DNA of 64,000 nt from an uncultured Spirochaetota bacterium (GTDB lineage Bacteria; Spirochaetota; Brevinematia; Brevinematales; JAOACQ01). Where the stretch lies: the NCBI GenBank assembly GCA_963768055.1, contig CAVYGN010000001.1, positions 1,024,001 to 1,088,000 of the forward strand, written 5' to 3'. Made by a program: the position numbers and the translations under genes. Below are positions 17,887-27,966 of this stretch, piece after piece. Every line of letters starts with the position of its first letter. The stretch's first letter is position 1. Below the pieces are notes generated by a model. The model saw only the letters and a program-made list of their open reading frames with translations, was not told the origin of the DNA and made no database searches.

Positions 17887-19644
17887 TTATGGATTTATTA
17901 CGTCGATCTGCGTCAAATCGTCATTTTTAAGCACAATGATCTTCTTATCGGAATCGTTTACGTAAATAGAATCCCCAAAAAAAGTGATTCCTGTATCCGG
18001 ATCTACCTGTGTTTCAGACTGGGCGACTTTTTCCAGCTTTTCATCGAATTTTCCCACGTAATAAGCGAAATGCGACAATATTATTGAGTATATGAAATCC
18101 TGTCTGACCTCAACGAAGCTTCTCCAGAATATATTGTCTTTGCCCTGGTATTTAGGGATCAGTGTTTTGTTGTCGAGAAGGACAAGAAAATGATCCGATT
18201 GATGATTGTCGGTACTGTAGCCGATAACGACTACCCCGTCCTTGAATACGTCGAATTTATGTCCGCATATATCTTTGAAGGGGGAAGTGATCTCAACTTT
18301 TTTTGTAACCGGGTTGATTATGTTCATCTCATTATTATAATGCCCCTGGGGTATGTATTGTTTTATTTTCAGGTAATAGAACTTTCCCTCGAATATGCTT
18401 TTATCGGGGGTATTCTTTTTAAGTTCTTCCTCTCTCTTTGAAAGTTCAAGGGCCTTCTGGTCAAGTTCAGCTGTTTTGTTGCTTATTTCCTGGCTTGCAT
18501 TTACCGGCGTATTGGCGTTTGTTGCGCCGGTCTCATCTTTTTTGATCTCTTCAGATGCTTTTTTTACATTTTCTTCATTTTGAGTGTTTTTCAATTCCTG
18601 ATTCGTGACTTTTTCTATATCCTTTTTTAAAGTCTCCTTTTGAGCCGCGGTATTATTTTCTTCTTTATTTATCTGTTTTTCAGTGTTTTGAATATCTTTT
18701 TTTTGTTTTTCAATTACCTTTTCATTATTAGAGATTTGTTTTTCCTTTAAAGCTTTTTCATTTTTATCCTTTGTATTATTCAATTCCTCTTTTTTCTTAT
18801 TAAGATCGTTTTCAGAATTTGTCAATTCCTGCTTTTTCTTTTCAAGATCCGCTTTTTTTTCTTCCGTCTTTTTTTCCCGTTCATTGACTGTTATAGTATT
18901 CTTTTCTATCTCTTTTTTCTTTTCTTCCACTGTTTTCTTCGATTCTTCAATTTCTTTCTTTTGTATCTCATTTATCTGTTTCCGCTCCTTGAGGCCTTTG
19001 TCTTCACGATTTTTCAAAAGATCGATGACTTCTCTGCCTGTGATTTCGCCTGTATCCAGCAGGCCTGCTTCCCCCTTTTTAAGGTCGTCTGTGAGGGGAA
19101 TAATCATCTTGGTTTTTCCCGGCCATTCCGAGTAAAGGACATCAATTCCGGAGTTTCCTCCGGATATATTATCCATAACTATTTTTTTATACCTGGCGGA
19201 AAAATAGGCGATGTCGTTCCTGTGGACTGCATTATAATAGGATACGAATATTGCGATTATCATGGAGTCGGCGGGCGAGTAACCGTAACGGCGGGACAAA
19301 TAACTCGAAACGATCAGCCTGACGCTGTCAATATGGTCTATTTTAGCGCCGGGAAGGATGGAAAATATGTCGGAGTCGATCCCGTTAGTATCTTTCGAGT
19401 TTACGGCATGAATTATTGAAAATAAAAGATAGCTGTAAAACTGGTTATATGAAACCGACATTTCGGCCAGGGACCTGCCGATACCGATTCTCTGTAACGG
19501 GCTTACCGGAGCGTTTCGAGGGCCTTCATAGTTTATGAATTTTATTTTTTGAGATTCCTTTAACTCTTCAACATCAACCTTATAAGAAAATAAAAAAGAA
19601 AAAAACAGGAAAAAAAGGGCGGCGGTCGTCAAAATACGTTTCAT
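17887..19644 (-). CDS. P83/100-family spirochaete antigen
   Basis: Signal peptide; FINYEGP, IDHIDSVRLI, YGYS..D...IAIFVSYYNAVHR and YSEWPGKTKMIIPL motifs; central K/E-rich coiled coil. Confidence 0.88.
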   Translation of the reverse strand: MKRILTTAALFFLFFSFLFSYKVDVEELKESQKIKFINYEGPRNAPVSPLQRIGIGRSLAEMSVSYNQFYSYLLFSIIHAVNSKDTNGIDSDIFSILPGAKIDHIDSVRLIVSSYLSRRYGYSPADSMIIAIFVSYYNAVHRNDIAYFSARYKKIVMDNISGGNSGIDVLYSEWPGKTKMIIPLTDDLKKGEAGLLDTGEITGREVIDLLKNREDKGLKERKQINEIQKKEIEESKKTVEEKKKEIEKNTITVNEREKKTEEKKADLEKKKQELTNSENDLNKKKEELNNTKDKNEKALKEKQISNNEKVIEKQKKDIQNTEKQINKEENNTAAQKETLKKDIEKVTNQELKNTQNEENVKKASEEIKKDETGATNANTPVNASQEISNKTAELDQKALELSKREEELKKNTPDKSIFEGKFYYLKIKQYIPQGHYNNEMNIINPVTKKVEITSPFKDICGHKFDVFKDGVVVIGYSTDNHQSDHFLVLLDNKTLIPKYQGKDNIFWRSFVEVRQDFIYSIILSHFAYYVGKFDEKLEKVAQSETQVDPDTGITFFGDSIYVNDSDKKIIVLKNDDLTQIDVINP

Positions 19645-19685
19645 CCTCGATACCTCCTAAATAGCTTATCATTATATGATAAGAT

Positions 19686-19714
19686 ATTATAAAAAACTAT
19701 GATATTTAAATCAA
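19686..19714 (-). promoter_or_regulatory. Sigma70 promoter of the P83/100-GNAT operon
   Basis: Minus strand TTGATT-17 bp-TATAAT, upstream of an AGGAGG RBS. Confidence 0.6.
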
Positions 19715-19723
19715 CAAGGTATA

Positions 19724-19768
19724 AAAATAAAAGCGGCCGGACTGATCCCCCTGCAGGCAGTCCGGCCG
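19724..19768 (-). terminator. Rho-independent terminator
   Basis: Perfect stem CGGCCGGACTG/CAGTCCGGCCG (19734-19744/19758-19768), followed by CTTTTATTTTT on the minus strand. Confidence 0.7.
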
Positions 19769-19800
19769 GCTGAAAAAATAATTAACCCCCCTACCATCCG
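19724..19800 (-). ncRNA. Candidate small RNA (~75 nt)
   Basis: Minus-strand TTGACT-18 bp-TATAAT (19835-19806), followed by a short non-coding transcript that ends in an 11-bp GC stem and a U-tract. Confidence 0.45.
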
Positions 19801-20049
19801 CACCTATTATATTAAATAGTACTAAAAAAAGTCAATACGTCTTTGTACGTATTTACGCATGCAATAGTAACTAAATTATGCTGATTAAATATCAACAATT
19901 CATTGCTATATACATTTGTCAAAAAAAAATCTGATTATACGATAAGTGCCGTCTGCCTTTTGTTTGTACAATTAAAAGGCGTCATTATTTGTTGATTTTT
20001 CTCAAAGGGTGTATAATATTATCGTTTATATTATGTTGGGAGGACAATT

Positions 20050-23000
20050 ATGTCTAAATCCATGGTGATGATGGATGGTAATAACGCGGCGTCGCATGTA
20101 GCTTACGCTTTTTCCGAGGTAGCTGCTATTTATCCGATAACACCTTCATCGACAATGGCTGAATTTTGCGACGATTGGTCGAGCGAAGGAAAAAAGAACA
20201 TGTTCGGCGACGTAGTTAAAATAAGTGAAATGCAGTCGGAAGGCGGAGCCGCAGGTGCCGTTCACGGCTCGCTGCAGGCGGGTGCGCTTACAACGACTTT
20301 CACATGCTCGCAGGGGCTTTTGCTTATGATCCCCAACATGTATAAAATTGCAGGAGAACTACTGCCCGGCGTATTTCATGTCAGTGCGAGAACGGTTGCG
20401 GCCCATGCGCTTTCGATTTTCGGTGACCATTCGGATGTTATGGCCTGCAGGCAGACAGGTTTTGCAATGCTGGCTTCAAGTTCGGTACAGGAAATACTCG
20501 ATATCGCTCCTGTGGCTCATCTGGCGGCAATAAAAACAAGAATTCCTTTTTTGCATTTCTTTGACGGTTTCAGGACCTCCGCCGAAGTTCAGAAGGCTGA
20601 AGCCCTCGAATATACGGATTATGAAAAACTCCTTGATAAAAAGGCCCTCGACGAATTCAAGAAAAGGGCATTATCGCCCGAGAAACCGGTTACCAGGGGA
20701 ACGGCCCAGAACCCCGATATCTTTTTCCAGGCGAAAGAATCTTCAAACAAGTTTTACGATACTGTTCCGGACGCTGTGGAAGCATATATGCAGGAAATGA
20801 AAAAGCTTACCGGAAGGGAATATCATCCTTTCAATTATTATGGGGCTAAAGACGCTGAAAATATCATCGTAGCCATGGGTTCGGTTACCGACCTTGCAGA
20901 ACCCGTTATTGATTATTTATTAAAAAAAGGTGAAAAGATCGGCATAATCACAGTTCATCTCTACAGGCCTTTCTCTGCAAAATATTTCTTTAATGTTCTT
21001 CCCAAAACTGTTAAGAGAATCGCGGTTCTTGACAGGAGTAAAGAACCAGGTGCTATGGGAGATCCTCTTTACCTGGATGTAAGGAACATTTTTTATAACA
21101 GGGAAAACGCGCCTATGATTATCGGCGGCAGGTTTGGGTTGGCCTCCAAGGATACCACTCCCGAGCAGATTATTGCGGTTTACAATAATCTAAAGACGAA
21201 AGAACCTAAAGATCAATTTACTGTCGGAATCGTAGACGATGTCACATTCAAATCGCTTCCTGTCGGTGAAAGTGTCGACGTATGCCCCGAAGGCACTTTC
21301 GAAGCTAAATTTTACGGAATAGGTTCGGATGGGACTGTAGGCGCGAATAAGAATTCAATCAAAATAATCGGCGACAACACTGAAAAATACGCTCAAGCGT
21401 ATTTCGCTTATGATTCAAAAAAATCTGGCGGAATAACAATTTCCCATCTCCGTTTCGGTGATAAGCCTATCCGGCTGCCTTATTATGTAACCAATCCCGG
21501 TTTTGTGGCCTGCCATGTGAGTTCGTATCTTGATAAATACGATATGATAAGGGGATTGAAGAGGGGCGGAACGTTCCTGCTCAACAGCATCTGGAATGAA
21601 AAGCAGGTTGCAGAGCATATACCTGCTTATATGAAAAAGTATATGGCTGAAAACGATATTCAATTTTATGTTATAAACGCGACAGAGATCGCCGAAGGGC
21701 TGGGGCTGGGCGGAAGAACCAACACTATAATGCAGTCGGCATTTTTCAAACTCGCAAATGTCATCCCGTACGCTGACGCGCTCAAGTTTATGAAAAAGGC
21801 CATTTATAAGACCTATGGAAGAAAGGGAGACGACATTGTAAATATGAACTATGCCGCGATAGAAAAGGGCGGAGAAGTTAAAAAAGTAGATATCTCTGCT
21901 AAGTGGAAAGAATTGAACGTAATGGAAGAGAAAAACAAAGATCTGCCTGATTTTGTAAAGAATATAATGATACCTATGAACGCACAGGAAGGCGATGATC
22001 TTCCTGTAAGTAGTTTTTTGGGGATCGAGGATGGAACATTCCCGACCGCAACAACCCAGTATGAAAAAAGAGGCATAGCTGTCAATGTTCCCGAATGGTT
22101 GCCGGATTATTGTACTCAATGCAATCAATGTTCGTTTGTCTGTCCGCATGCTGTGATAAGGCCTTTCCTGATAGATGAAAAGGAAATGAAGGGCCTGACC
22201 GGAGGAACAAAGACATTAAAAGCCGTTGGAAAAGGTTTTGAAAATTTCCAGTATAAAATCCAGGTCAGTGTGATGGATTGCACAGGCTGTGGAAATTGCG
22301 CGGATGTATGCCCAGGGAAACAGAATAATAAGGCTCTTGTTATGAAACCGCTGGAAAGTCAGAAAGAAGAGATTGTCCGCTGGAATTATATTTCTGAAAA
22401 TGTAACATATAAAGACACCTTGATGAGTAAATCGACCCTTAAGGGAAGTCAGTTTGCGCGGCCTTTGTTTGAATACTCGGGTTCCTGCGCCGGATGCGGG
22501 GAGACGCCTTATATTAAAGTTATCACTCAGCTCTTCGGTGAAAGAATGGTCGTAGCTAACGCAACGGGTTGTTCTTCGATTTATGGAGGTTCAGCTCCGG
22601 CAATGCCTTACTGTGTCAATTCGGAAGGGCATGGTCCGGCATGGGCTAATTCGCTCTTCGAGGACAATGCCGAATATGGTTTCGGCATGGTGATAGCTGA
22701 CCGCCATCAAAAGGACCGGATTGAGACCCTTATGAAAAAAGCCATTGAAAAAGGGGTTTCTGAGGAAATCAAATCCGTTTTCGAAGAATGGATGCAAAGC
22801 AGAAATGATAGTGAAAAATCAAAAGTTTCCGCTGATAAGGTAAAACTTTTGCTGAATAAAGAAAAATCAGGCATCCTCGGCGATATAAAAAATCTTGAGA
22901 ATTACCTTATAAAAAAATCTCACTGGGTTATCGGCGGAGACGGCTGGGCCTATGATATCGGATACGGCGGCCTCGACCATGTTCTGTCAATGGGCGAAGA

Positions 23001-23562
23001 CATAAATTTGCTTGTTCTGGACACTGAGGTTTATTCCAACACCGGCGGCCAGGCTTCGAAATCCACTCCTACCGCAGCCATAGCCAGGTTCGCCGCTTCA
23101 GGTAAAAAGACCCGTAAAAAAGACCTTGGAATGATGGCTATCAGCTACGGGTATGTTTATGTTGCACAGGTCGCTATGGGGGCTAATAAAGTGCAATTCC
23201 TGAAGGCTATTTCCGAAGCCGAAAGCTATCCGGGGCCTTCCCTTATAATAGCTTATTCCCCCTGTATCCAGCAGGGTATTCATGCCGGTATGGGAAAATC
23301 CCAGGAAGAAGAAAAGTTAGCTGTGGATTCAGGCTATTGGCATCTCTACCGCTATAACCCTCTCCTTGAGAGTGAAGGTAAAAACCCGTTTACCCTGGAT
23401 TCGAAAGAGCCTGTTTCAAGCTACAGGAATTTTATGATGGGTGAAATCAGATTCTCCTCGCTCGTTAAAATATTTCCTGATAAGGCTGAAGAACTCCTCA
23501 AATCGGCTGAATTGAATGCAAATATACGATACCGGAATTACAAGAAGCTTTCCGGACAATAA
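20050..23562 (+). CDS. nifJ: Pyruvate:ferredoxin (flavodoxin) oxidoreductase
   Basis: IYPITPSS, EMQSEGGAAGAVHG, two CxxCxxCxxxCP clusters, GCGETPY, GGDGWAYDIG (TPP binding). Confidence 0.98.
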   Translation: MSKSMVMMDGNNAASHVAYAFSEVAAIYPITPSSTMAEFCDDWSSEGKKNMFGDVVKISEMQSEGGAAGAVHGSLQAGALTTTFTCSQGLLLMIPNMYKIAGELLPGVFHVSARTVAAHALSIFGDHSDVMACRQTGFAMLASSSVQEILDIAPVAHLAAIKTRIPFLHFFDGFRTSAEVQKAEALEYTDYEKLLDKKALDEFKKRALSPEKPVTRGTAQNPDIFFQAKESSNKFYDTVPDAVEAYMQEMKKLTGREYHPFNYYGAKDAENIIVAMGSVTDLAEPVIDYLLKKGEKIGIITVHLYRPFSAKYFFNVLPKTVKRIAVLDRSKEPGAMGDPLYLDVRNIFYNRENAPMIIGGRFGLASKDTTPEQIIAVYNNLKTKEPKDQFTVGIVDDVTFKSLPVGESVDVCPEGTFEAKFYGIGSDGTVGANKNSIKIIGDNTEKYAQAYFAYDSKKSGGITISHLRFGDKPIRLPYYVTNPGFVACHVSSYLDKYDMIRGLKRGGTFLLNSIWNEKQVAEHIPAYMKKYMAENDIQFYVINATEIAEGLGLGGRTNTIMQSAFFKLANVIPYADALKFMKKAIYKTYGRKGDDIVNMNYAAIEKGGEVKKVDISAKWKELNVMEEKNKDLPDFVKNIMIPMNAQEGDDLPVSSFLGIEDGTFPTATTQYEKRGIAVNVPEWLPDYCTQCNQCSFVCPHAVIRPFLIDEKEMKGLTGGTKTLKAVGKGFENFQYKIQVSVMDCTGCGNCADVCPGKQNNKALVMKPLESQKEEIVRWNYISENVTYKDTLMSKSTLKGSQFARPLFEYSGSCAGCGETPYIKVITQLFGERMVVANATGCSSIYGGSAPAMPYCVNSEGHGPAWANSLFEDNAEYGFGMVIADRHQKDRIETLMKKAIEKGVSEEIKSVFEEWMQSRNDSEKSKVSADKVKLLLNKEKSGILGDIKNLENYLIKKSHWVIGGDGWAYDIGYGGLDHVLSMGEDINLLVLDTEVYSNTGGQASKSTPTAAIARFAASGKKTRKKDLGMMAISYGYVYVAQVAMGANKVQFLKAISEAESYPGPSLIIAYSPCIQQGIHAGMGKSQEEEKLAVDSGYWHLYRYNPLLESEGKNPFTLDSKEPVSSYRNFMMGEIRFSSLVKIFPDKAEELLKSAELNANIRYRNYKKLSGQ

Positions 23563-23687
23563 ATAAAACCCGGGCCTTTATAATTTTTATAAGTCAAGCT
23601 AATGATTCTCATCCTTTTAGCCGAAAAATACAAACAGGGAACTCTTGTTTTACATGGATATCATAACCCTTACAAAGGGGACATCTT

Positions 23688-25586
23688 ATGACAAAAAAGA
23701 AAACTCTTCTGGTTCTTCTTCTAGTTGTTTCTCTGGCTTTAATGCTGGTAATCGTTTATTTTATTAAAACGAAATTCGGCTATTTCGGAGATTCATATCA
23801 TCAATATATTGAGAATATAGCTCTTAATTACGATACGACAGTCGAAACCAATATGAGTAGGATCAATTCGGAAATAAAATATCTGTCATCTGATAAGCTG
23901 GTTAAATCCGTTTTTGAAAGTTCAAGCCGCGGAGAGGATACTGAAAAATACTTCGACGATTTCGATAAAATAAGGAATTCAATCCCGGAATGCCAGAAAC
24001 TTCAGATTCTTGATTCAATCGGCAATATCATATTTTCAGTTGAAACAAACGAGATAAATAATATAAGGATCGTCAGGCCTATCATGGCTTCGGTAAGAGA
24101 TCATCTTTCGACAAATGATTTTACTTATATTTATCTTCTTAACAAGGATTCGCTGGCGGCATTTTATAACGTTGCCCCTGAAATCTCGTCCACGACTAAC
24201 GGCGGCTATGTAGTGATTTATTACAAGATGAGCAAACTTTTTGCAGGTATATCGTCAGGACAGATCGTAGCGGACGGAGCTATATCGAATATGCTGATAA
24301 CCAGTAAAATTAGTTTAAATAATAACAATGTGAATTATCTCCTGAATTATATGAAAAACCCTGAAATGTATAAAAAAATAGAAAAAAATGAAAAAAGCGT
24401 TTTTGTTGTTAGAAAAAATATACATGGAATTGAAGTCCTGTATTATCCGTCAAATGAGAGACCGATACCGGTTATCGGATGGATAGCCCTTGTAGCATGT
24501 CTTCTGTTTTTTATTCTGGTAGTAATCGCCCTTATAATGATCATGAGGGATGAAAAGTTAATATCTGATATGCCTATAAAACCTGTTAATATTAACATCC
24601 ATGAAGAAGGGTCAGTCGAAAAACCTGATGAAATAAAAACATTGATCAATGATATCGAAGGCAACAAACTCTATGAAGAAAAGGAGGCGAAAAAAAGTAT
24701 TGAAGATATGATCATGTCGAACGGGATCAATTTAACCGAAGCCTTCCCTGTAGCTGAAGATGAGAATATCGCCTTAAAAGATGATATATATGGCCCCGAT
24801 ACAAAAATAGAAATTGCCGAACCTTCAATGATTTCCGAAGACGGCGGGATCGATACCTTTGAATCGGTAAAGCCTACAAAACAAACGGATCTTTTCGCTG
24901 AAGAAGAAAGAATATTGAGTAATATTGAATCGCAGGTTCCGCACAAAGAGGAAAGCTCGGTAAAAATCGGGGACCTGGGGGAAGAAGATGAGTTCATGCT
25001 GAACGAATCTTTCAATGAATCGGAATTTCCTGTTTTCGATGTCCCGGCAGCAGAGGAACAAGTTGCTTTTGAAGCTCCTGCCATTCCGGAAATAAAGGAA
25101 GTTCGGGCAGAGGAGCCGATGATCGAAAATCTTCCGGAAGATATTATGATGGAGCCCCCGCAAAAAATAAGTTCGATTTTAACAGTGGAAGATTATGGCA
25201 AATTAGCCATTGATCTTGCTAAAAATAGCCTGAATATAAATAAAATCCTTATTCTTGAAAAGCATGAAAATGAGTATATTCCCATAATAAAAGAGGGGCT
25301 CGCGGCTGACAATTTCAAGATTATGCCGAACGACCCTATTTTTACCATGTTCCTATCCGGGGGAAAAGGCCTTGATATAAAGGGTAGGATCTATGAAACA
25401 AGATATTTTATGGAAAGGTTCAAACCGGAAGATATTAGAGATATTGATGAAGTTTTTATTACTCCAATTATCAAAAATAAAGAAATTACAGGCATTGCTA
25501 TTTATTTAAAACAACAAGGGATTCACGAACCGACTCACTTCCAGAAATCCGAACTGCTGAACCTGAGTTTTCTACAGGATCAATAA
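23688..25586 (+). CDS. Two-TM membrane protein: external Cache-like domain, acidic linker, C-terminal GAF-like domain
   Basis: TM segments near residues 6-26 and 262-286, a long E/D/P-rich stretch, and a compact C-terminal domain (VFITPIIKNKEITGIAIY). Domain names are inferred. Confidence 0.5.
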   Translation: MTKKKTLLVLLLVVSLALMLVIVYFIKTKFGYFGDSYHQYIENIALNYDTTVETNMSRINSEIKYLSSDKLVKSVFESSSRGEDTEKYFDDFDKIRNSIPECQKLQILDSIGNIIFSVETNEINNIRIVRPIMASVRDHLSTNDFTYIYLLNKDSLAAFYNVAPEISSTTNGGYVVIYYKMSKLFAGISSGQIVADGAISNMLITSKISLNNNNVNYLLNYMKNPEMYKKIEKNEKSVFVVRKNIHGIEVLYYPSNERPIPVIGWIALVACLLFFILVVIALIMIMRDEKLISDMPIKPVNINIHEEGSVEKPDEIKTLINDIEGNKLYEEKEAKKSIEDMIMSNGINLTEAFPVAEDENIALKDDIYGPDTKIEIAEPSMISEDGGIDTFESVKPTKQTDLFAEEERILSNIESQVPHKEESSVKIGDLGEEDEFMLNESFNESEFPVFDVPAAEEQVAFEAPAIPEIKEVRAEEPMIENLPEDIMMEPPQKISSILTVEDYGKLAIDLAKNSLNINKILILEKHENEYIPIIKEGLAADNFKIMPNDPIFTMFLSGGKGLDIKGRIYETRYFMERFKPEDIRDIDEVFITPIIKNKEITGIAIYLKQQGIHEPTHFQKSELLNLSFLQDQ

Positions 25587-25589
25587 TCC

Positions 25590-26465
25590 ATGCTTTTATC
25601 CGTATCCGCTTTAGTTATTCTTGCCGGAATATTTTTTTTATACGCTTATTTTATCGAAACCGGTCTGATTCATGTCATCAGGTCAAGGATTAGAACATCA
25701 GGGATAATGGGGAGGTATACGTTCCTCCATATTACAGATCTTCATCTTTATAAAAAAATGAGAAAAGGAAATTTAAACAAAATAAAAGATACACTTAAAT
25801 TATGGGCGGATTGGGTCAAGTTCGATTTTATTTTTATAACAGGCGATTTCATTGACGATAACTCGGGAATTACAATGATAAAGGATGTTGTAGGAGAATT
25901 AAAATCTAGATTCGGCAAATACGCCGTTTTAGGCAACCATGATTATTTCCAGTATAATTTTCTTCATATATTCAATCCCTTGTTTTTTTCCAGGGATAAA
26001 AAACCAACAGATATCAGAGCCTTAAAAAACGCTCTTTTAGACGCGGATATTAAGCTGCTAATAAATCAGACGGAAAAGACAGCCGTCCAGGCCGATGAAA
26101 TATGGATAACCGGTATTGACAGTAAGTTTTTCAAAGAAAAAAGATTACACGAAATACAGTTTCCGGGGGGTAAAGGACTGGCAATAGTCCTTTCGCATTA
26201 TCCCGAGGCGATAAATTACTACAGGGGTAAAGCTGATATCTTTCTGTCGGGCCATACTCATGGAGGGCAGATTACCTTTTTCGGCGTTCCGCTGATCATA
26301 AAAAGCGGTATAAAGAAAAGATATTCCAGGGGAATTTCAGCGCATGGCGACACAGCTTTGTACGTTTCAAAAGGTCTGGGTGTAAGCAGGTATTTTCCAT
26401 TCAGGTTTTTTGCGAGGCCTGATTTTAACATAGTTGACATTTTAGGAGAAAATCATGAAAATTAA
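25590..26465 (+). CDS. Metallophosphoesterase (YkuE/YaeI-like)
   Basis: DLH, TGDFID, GNHD, SHYP and SGHTHGGQ calcineurin-like motifs. Confidence 0.93.
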   Translation: MLLSVSALVILAGIFFLYAYFIETGLIHVIRSRIRTSGIMGRYTFLHITDLHLYKKMRKGNLNKIKDTLKLWADWVKFDFIFITGDFIDDNSGITMIKDVVGELKSRFGKYAVLGNHDYFQYNFLHIFNPLFFSRDKKPTDIRALKNALLDADIKLLINQTEKTAVQADEIWITGIDSKFFKEKRLHEIQFPGGKGLAIVLSHYPEAINYYRGKADIFLSGHTHGGQITFFGVPLIIKSGIKKRYSRGISAHGDTALYVSKGLGVSRYFPFRFFARPDFNIVDILGENHEN

Positions 26466-27102
26466 ATTAATTTTTATATGTGCAGCCGTTCTTTATGCTT
26501 CACAAATTTATCCGGATATGAAGAGCGGCTTCAATAATTTAAGGAATTCATACAGAGACGGCAGATATATCGGCATCATTAATAGCAGTTCAGATATAAT
26601 CGATGCCGTTTGCAGTGAAATCATTTTAAACTTCTACAGGGTTATGCCGGATATTCAAAATTATGCGATTTCAAATTCTAACAGTTCTTATAATTTTTCG
26701 GAAGGCGACGGGCTGACGGATTACTTGATATCAGTTGAAAAAATATTTACCAACAGTGATGAGACTGCGGTAATGACAATCAGTTCTTCCCCCTTTGATG
26801 TGGAAAGGTATGATAATCTGATCGGTAATTACGAGTATTTAAACAATAAGGGGGATTATGAAAGATATTATATAACATTTAATAAATTAAATTATTTTTA
26901 CATAATAGATAACTATACAGCGTATTTTACTTTTACAATAGAAAAAAATAAAGATTCAGATGAAATTATATCGGGTTTGCTGTTCAAACTTAATTTTTCA
27001 AAAGGTGTAAAAAACAATGTAAAAAAAGCGATAATAGAAAACTGCATGAATAATTTTATTATCAAGCTAAAGAGCGGAAACCTGGTCAACTTTTTGAAAT
27101 AG
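26455..27102 (+). CDS. Hypothetical secreted protein
   Basis: Signal-like N-terminus, AGGAG RBS, overlap with the upstream stop; no recognisable motif. Confidence 0.6.
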   Translation: MKIKLIFICAAVLYASQIYPDMKSGFNNLRNSYRDGRYIGIINSSSDIIDAVCSEIILNFYRVMPDIQNYAISNSNSSYNFSEGDGLTDYLISVEKIFTNSDETAVMTISSSPFDVERYDNLIGNYEYLNNKGDYERYYITFNKLNYFYIIDNYTAYFTFTIEKNKDSDEIISGLLFKLNFSKGVKNNVKKAIIENCMNNFIIKLKSGNLVNFLK

Positions 27103-27817
27103 GCTCGTCAGAAAGTTCTGAAAGTATCTTACGCACTGTTCCTGCCATATCTTTCTTGTCCGAGATTGAGCGTCCCATAACAATATAATCGGAACCTGAA
27201 TCTTTTGCTTCGGATGGGGTCATAACTCTTCTTTGATCGTCTGTTACTTCCTCTTTCATCCTGATCCCGGGCGTAACAAGTATGGCTTCTCCGCCAAGTT
27301 CTTTCCTGAGCAGCCTGACTTCCAATGGAGAACATACAAAACCCCTGATTCCTTCGTTATATCCCATTCTGGCAAGATGACTGATCATATCGTTTAATTT
27401 AATATTTATTTTCATCTCATTCTTCATTATATGTTCGTTCATGCTTGTAAGGATTGTCACACCAAGCGGTATAGGGGCCTCTTTGACAGGACATCGGGCC
27501 ATACATTCGCTTATTCCGTTTAGTACGGCACGGATCATCTCCTTGCCTCCGAGGAGATGAAAGGTGAACATTTTTACTTTCATATAACCTGCTACAAAAC
27601 TTACACCCTTAACGGTGTTTGGAATGTCAAAAAACTTGAGATCGAGAAAAATTGATTTCCCAAGGGAATTGATATAATCTATTATCTTATTTCCTTCAGC
27701 TGTATAGAGAATACTGCCGACTTTGAAGGTATCGATCAGGGGTGATAATTCGTCGATTATGTGCCTTGCCTCAATAAAATTATCCGTATCGAGGGCCATA
27801 ATTAGCTTTGTTCCCAC
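27086..27817 (-). CDS. pyrF: Orotidine-5'-phosphate decarboxylase
   Basis: ALD, FKVG, FLDLKFFDIPNTV, VTILTS, VTPGIR, DDQRR and VMGRSI motifs; GTG start with GGAGG RBS. Confidence 0.97.
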   Translation of the reverse strand: MGTKLIMALDTDNFIEARHIIDELSPLIDTFKVGSILYTAEGNKIIDYINSLGKSIFLDLKFFDIPNTVKGVSFVAGYMKVKMFTFHLLGGKEMIRAVLNGISECMARCPVKEAPIPLGVTILTSMNEHIMKNEMKINIKLNDMISHLARMGYNEGIRGFVCSPLEVRLLRKELGGEAILVTPGIRMKEEVTDDQRRVMTPSEAKDSGSDYIVMGRSISDKKDMAGTVRKILSELSDEPISKS

Positions 27818-27966
27818 TTTATTTCCTCCCAGGATTGACCTGATTTATTATTATGATTATTATAGATTATAATTTGTAATTTGAAAAATAAGAGGGATTA
27901 AATTTTATCGCATGTTTATGCCGATATAATGATCAGATTTATTATTTTATTATTAAGAAGGTATAT

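Noticed and set aside
18380..19000. Low-complexity T-rich stretch
   Set aside because: It is explained by the K/E/N-rich coiled coil of P83/100 on the minus strand.
23600..23627. Sigma28-like TAAT-N16-GCCGAAAA
   Set aside because: Both boxes and the spacing deviate from consensus; too weak to call.
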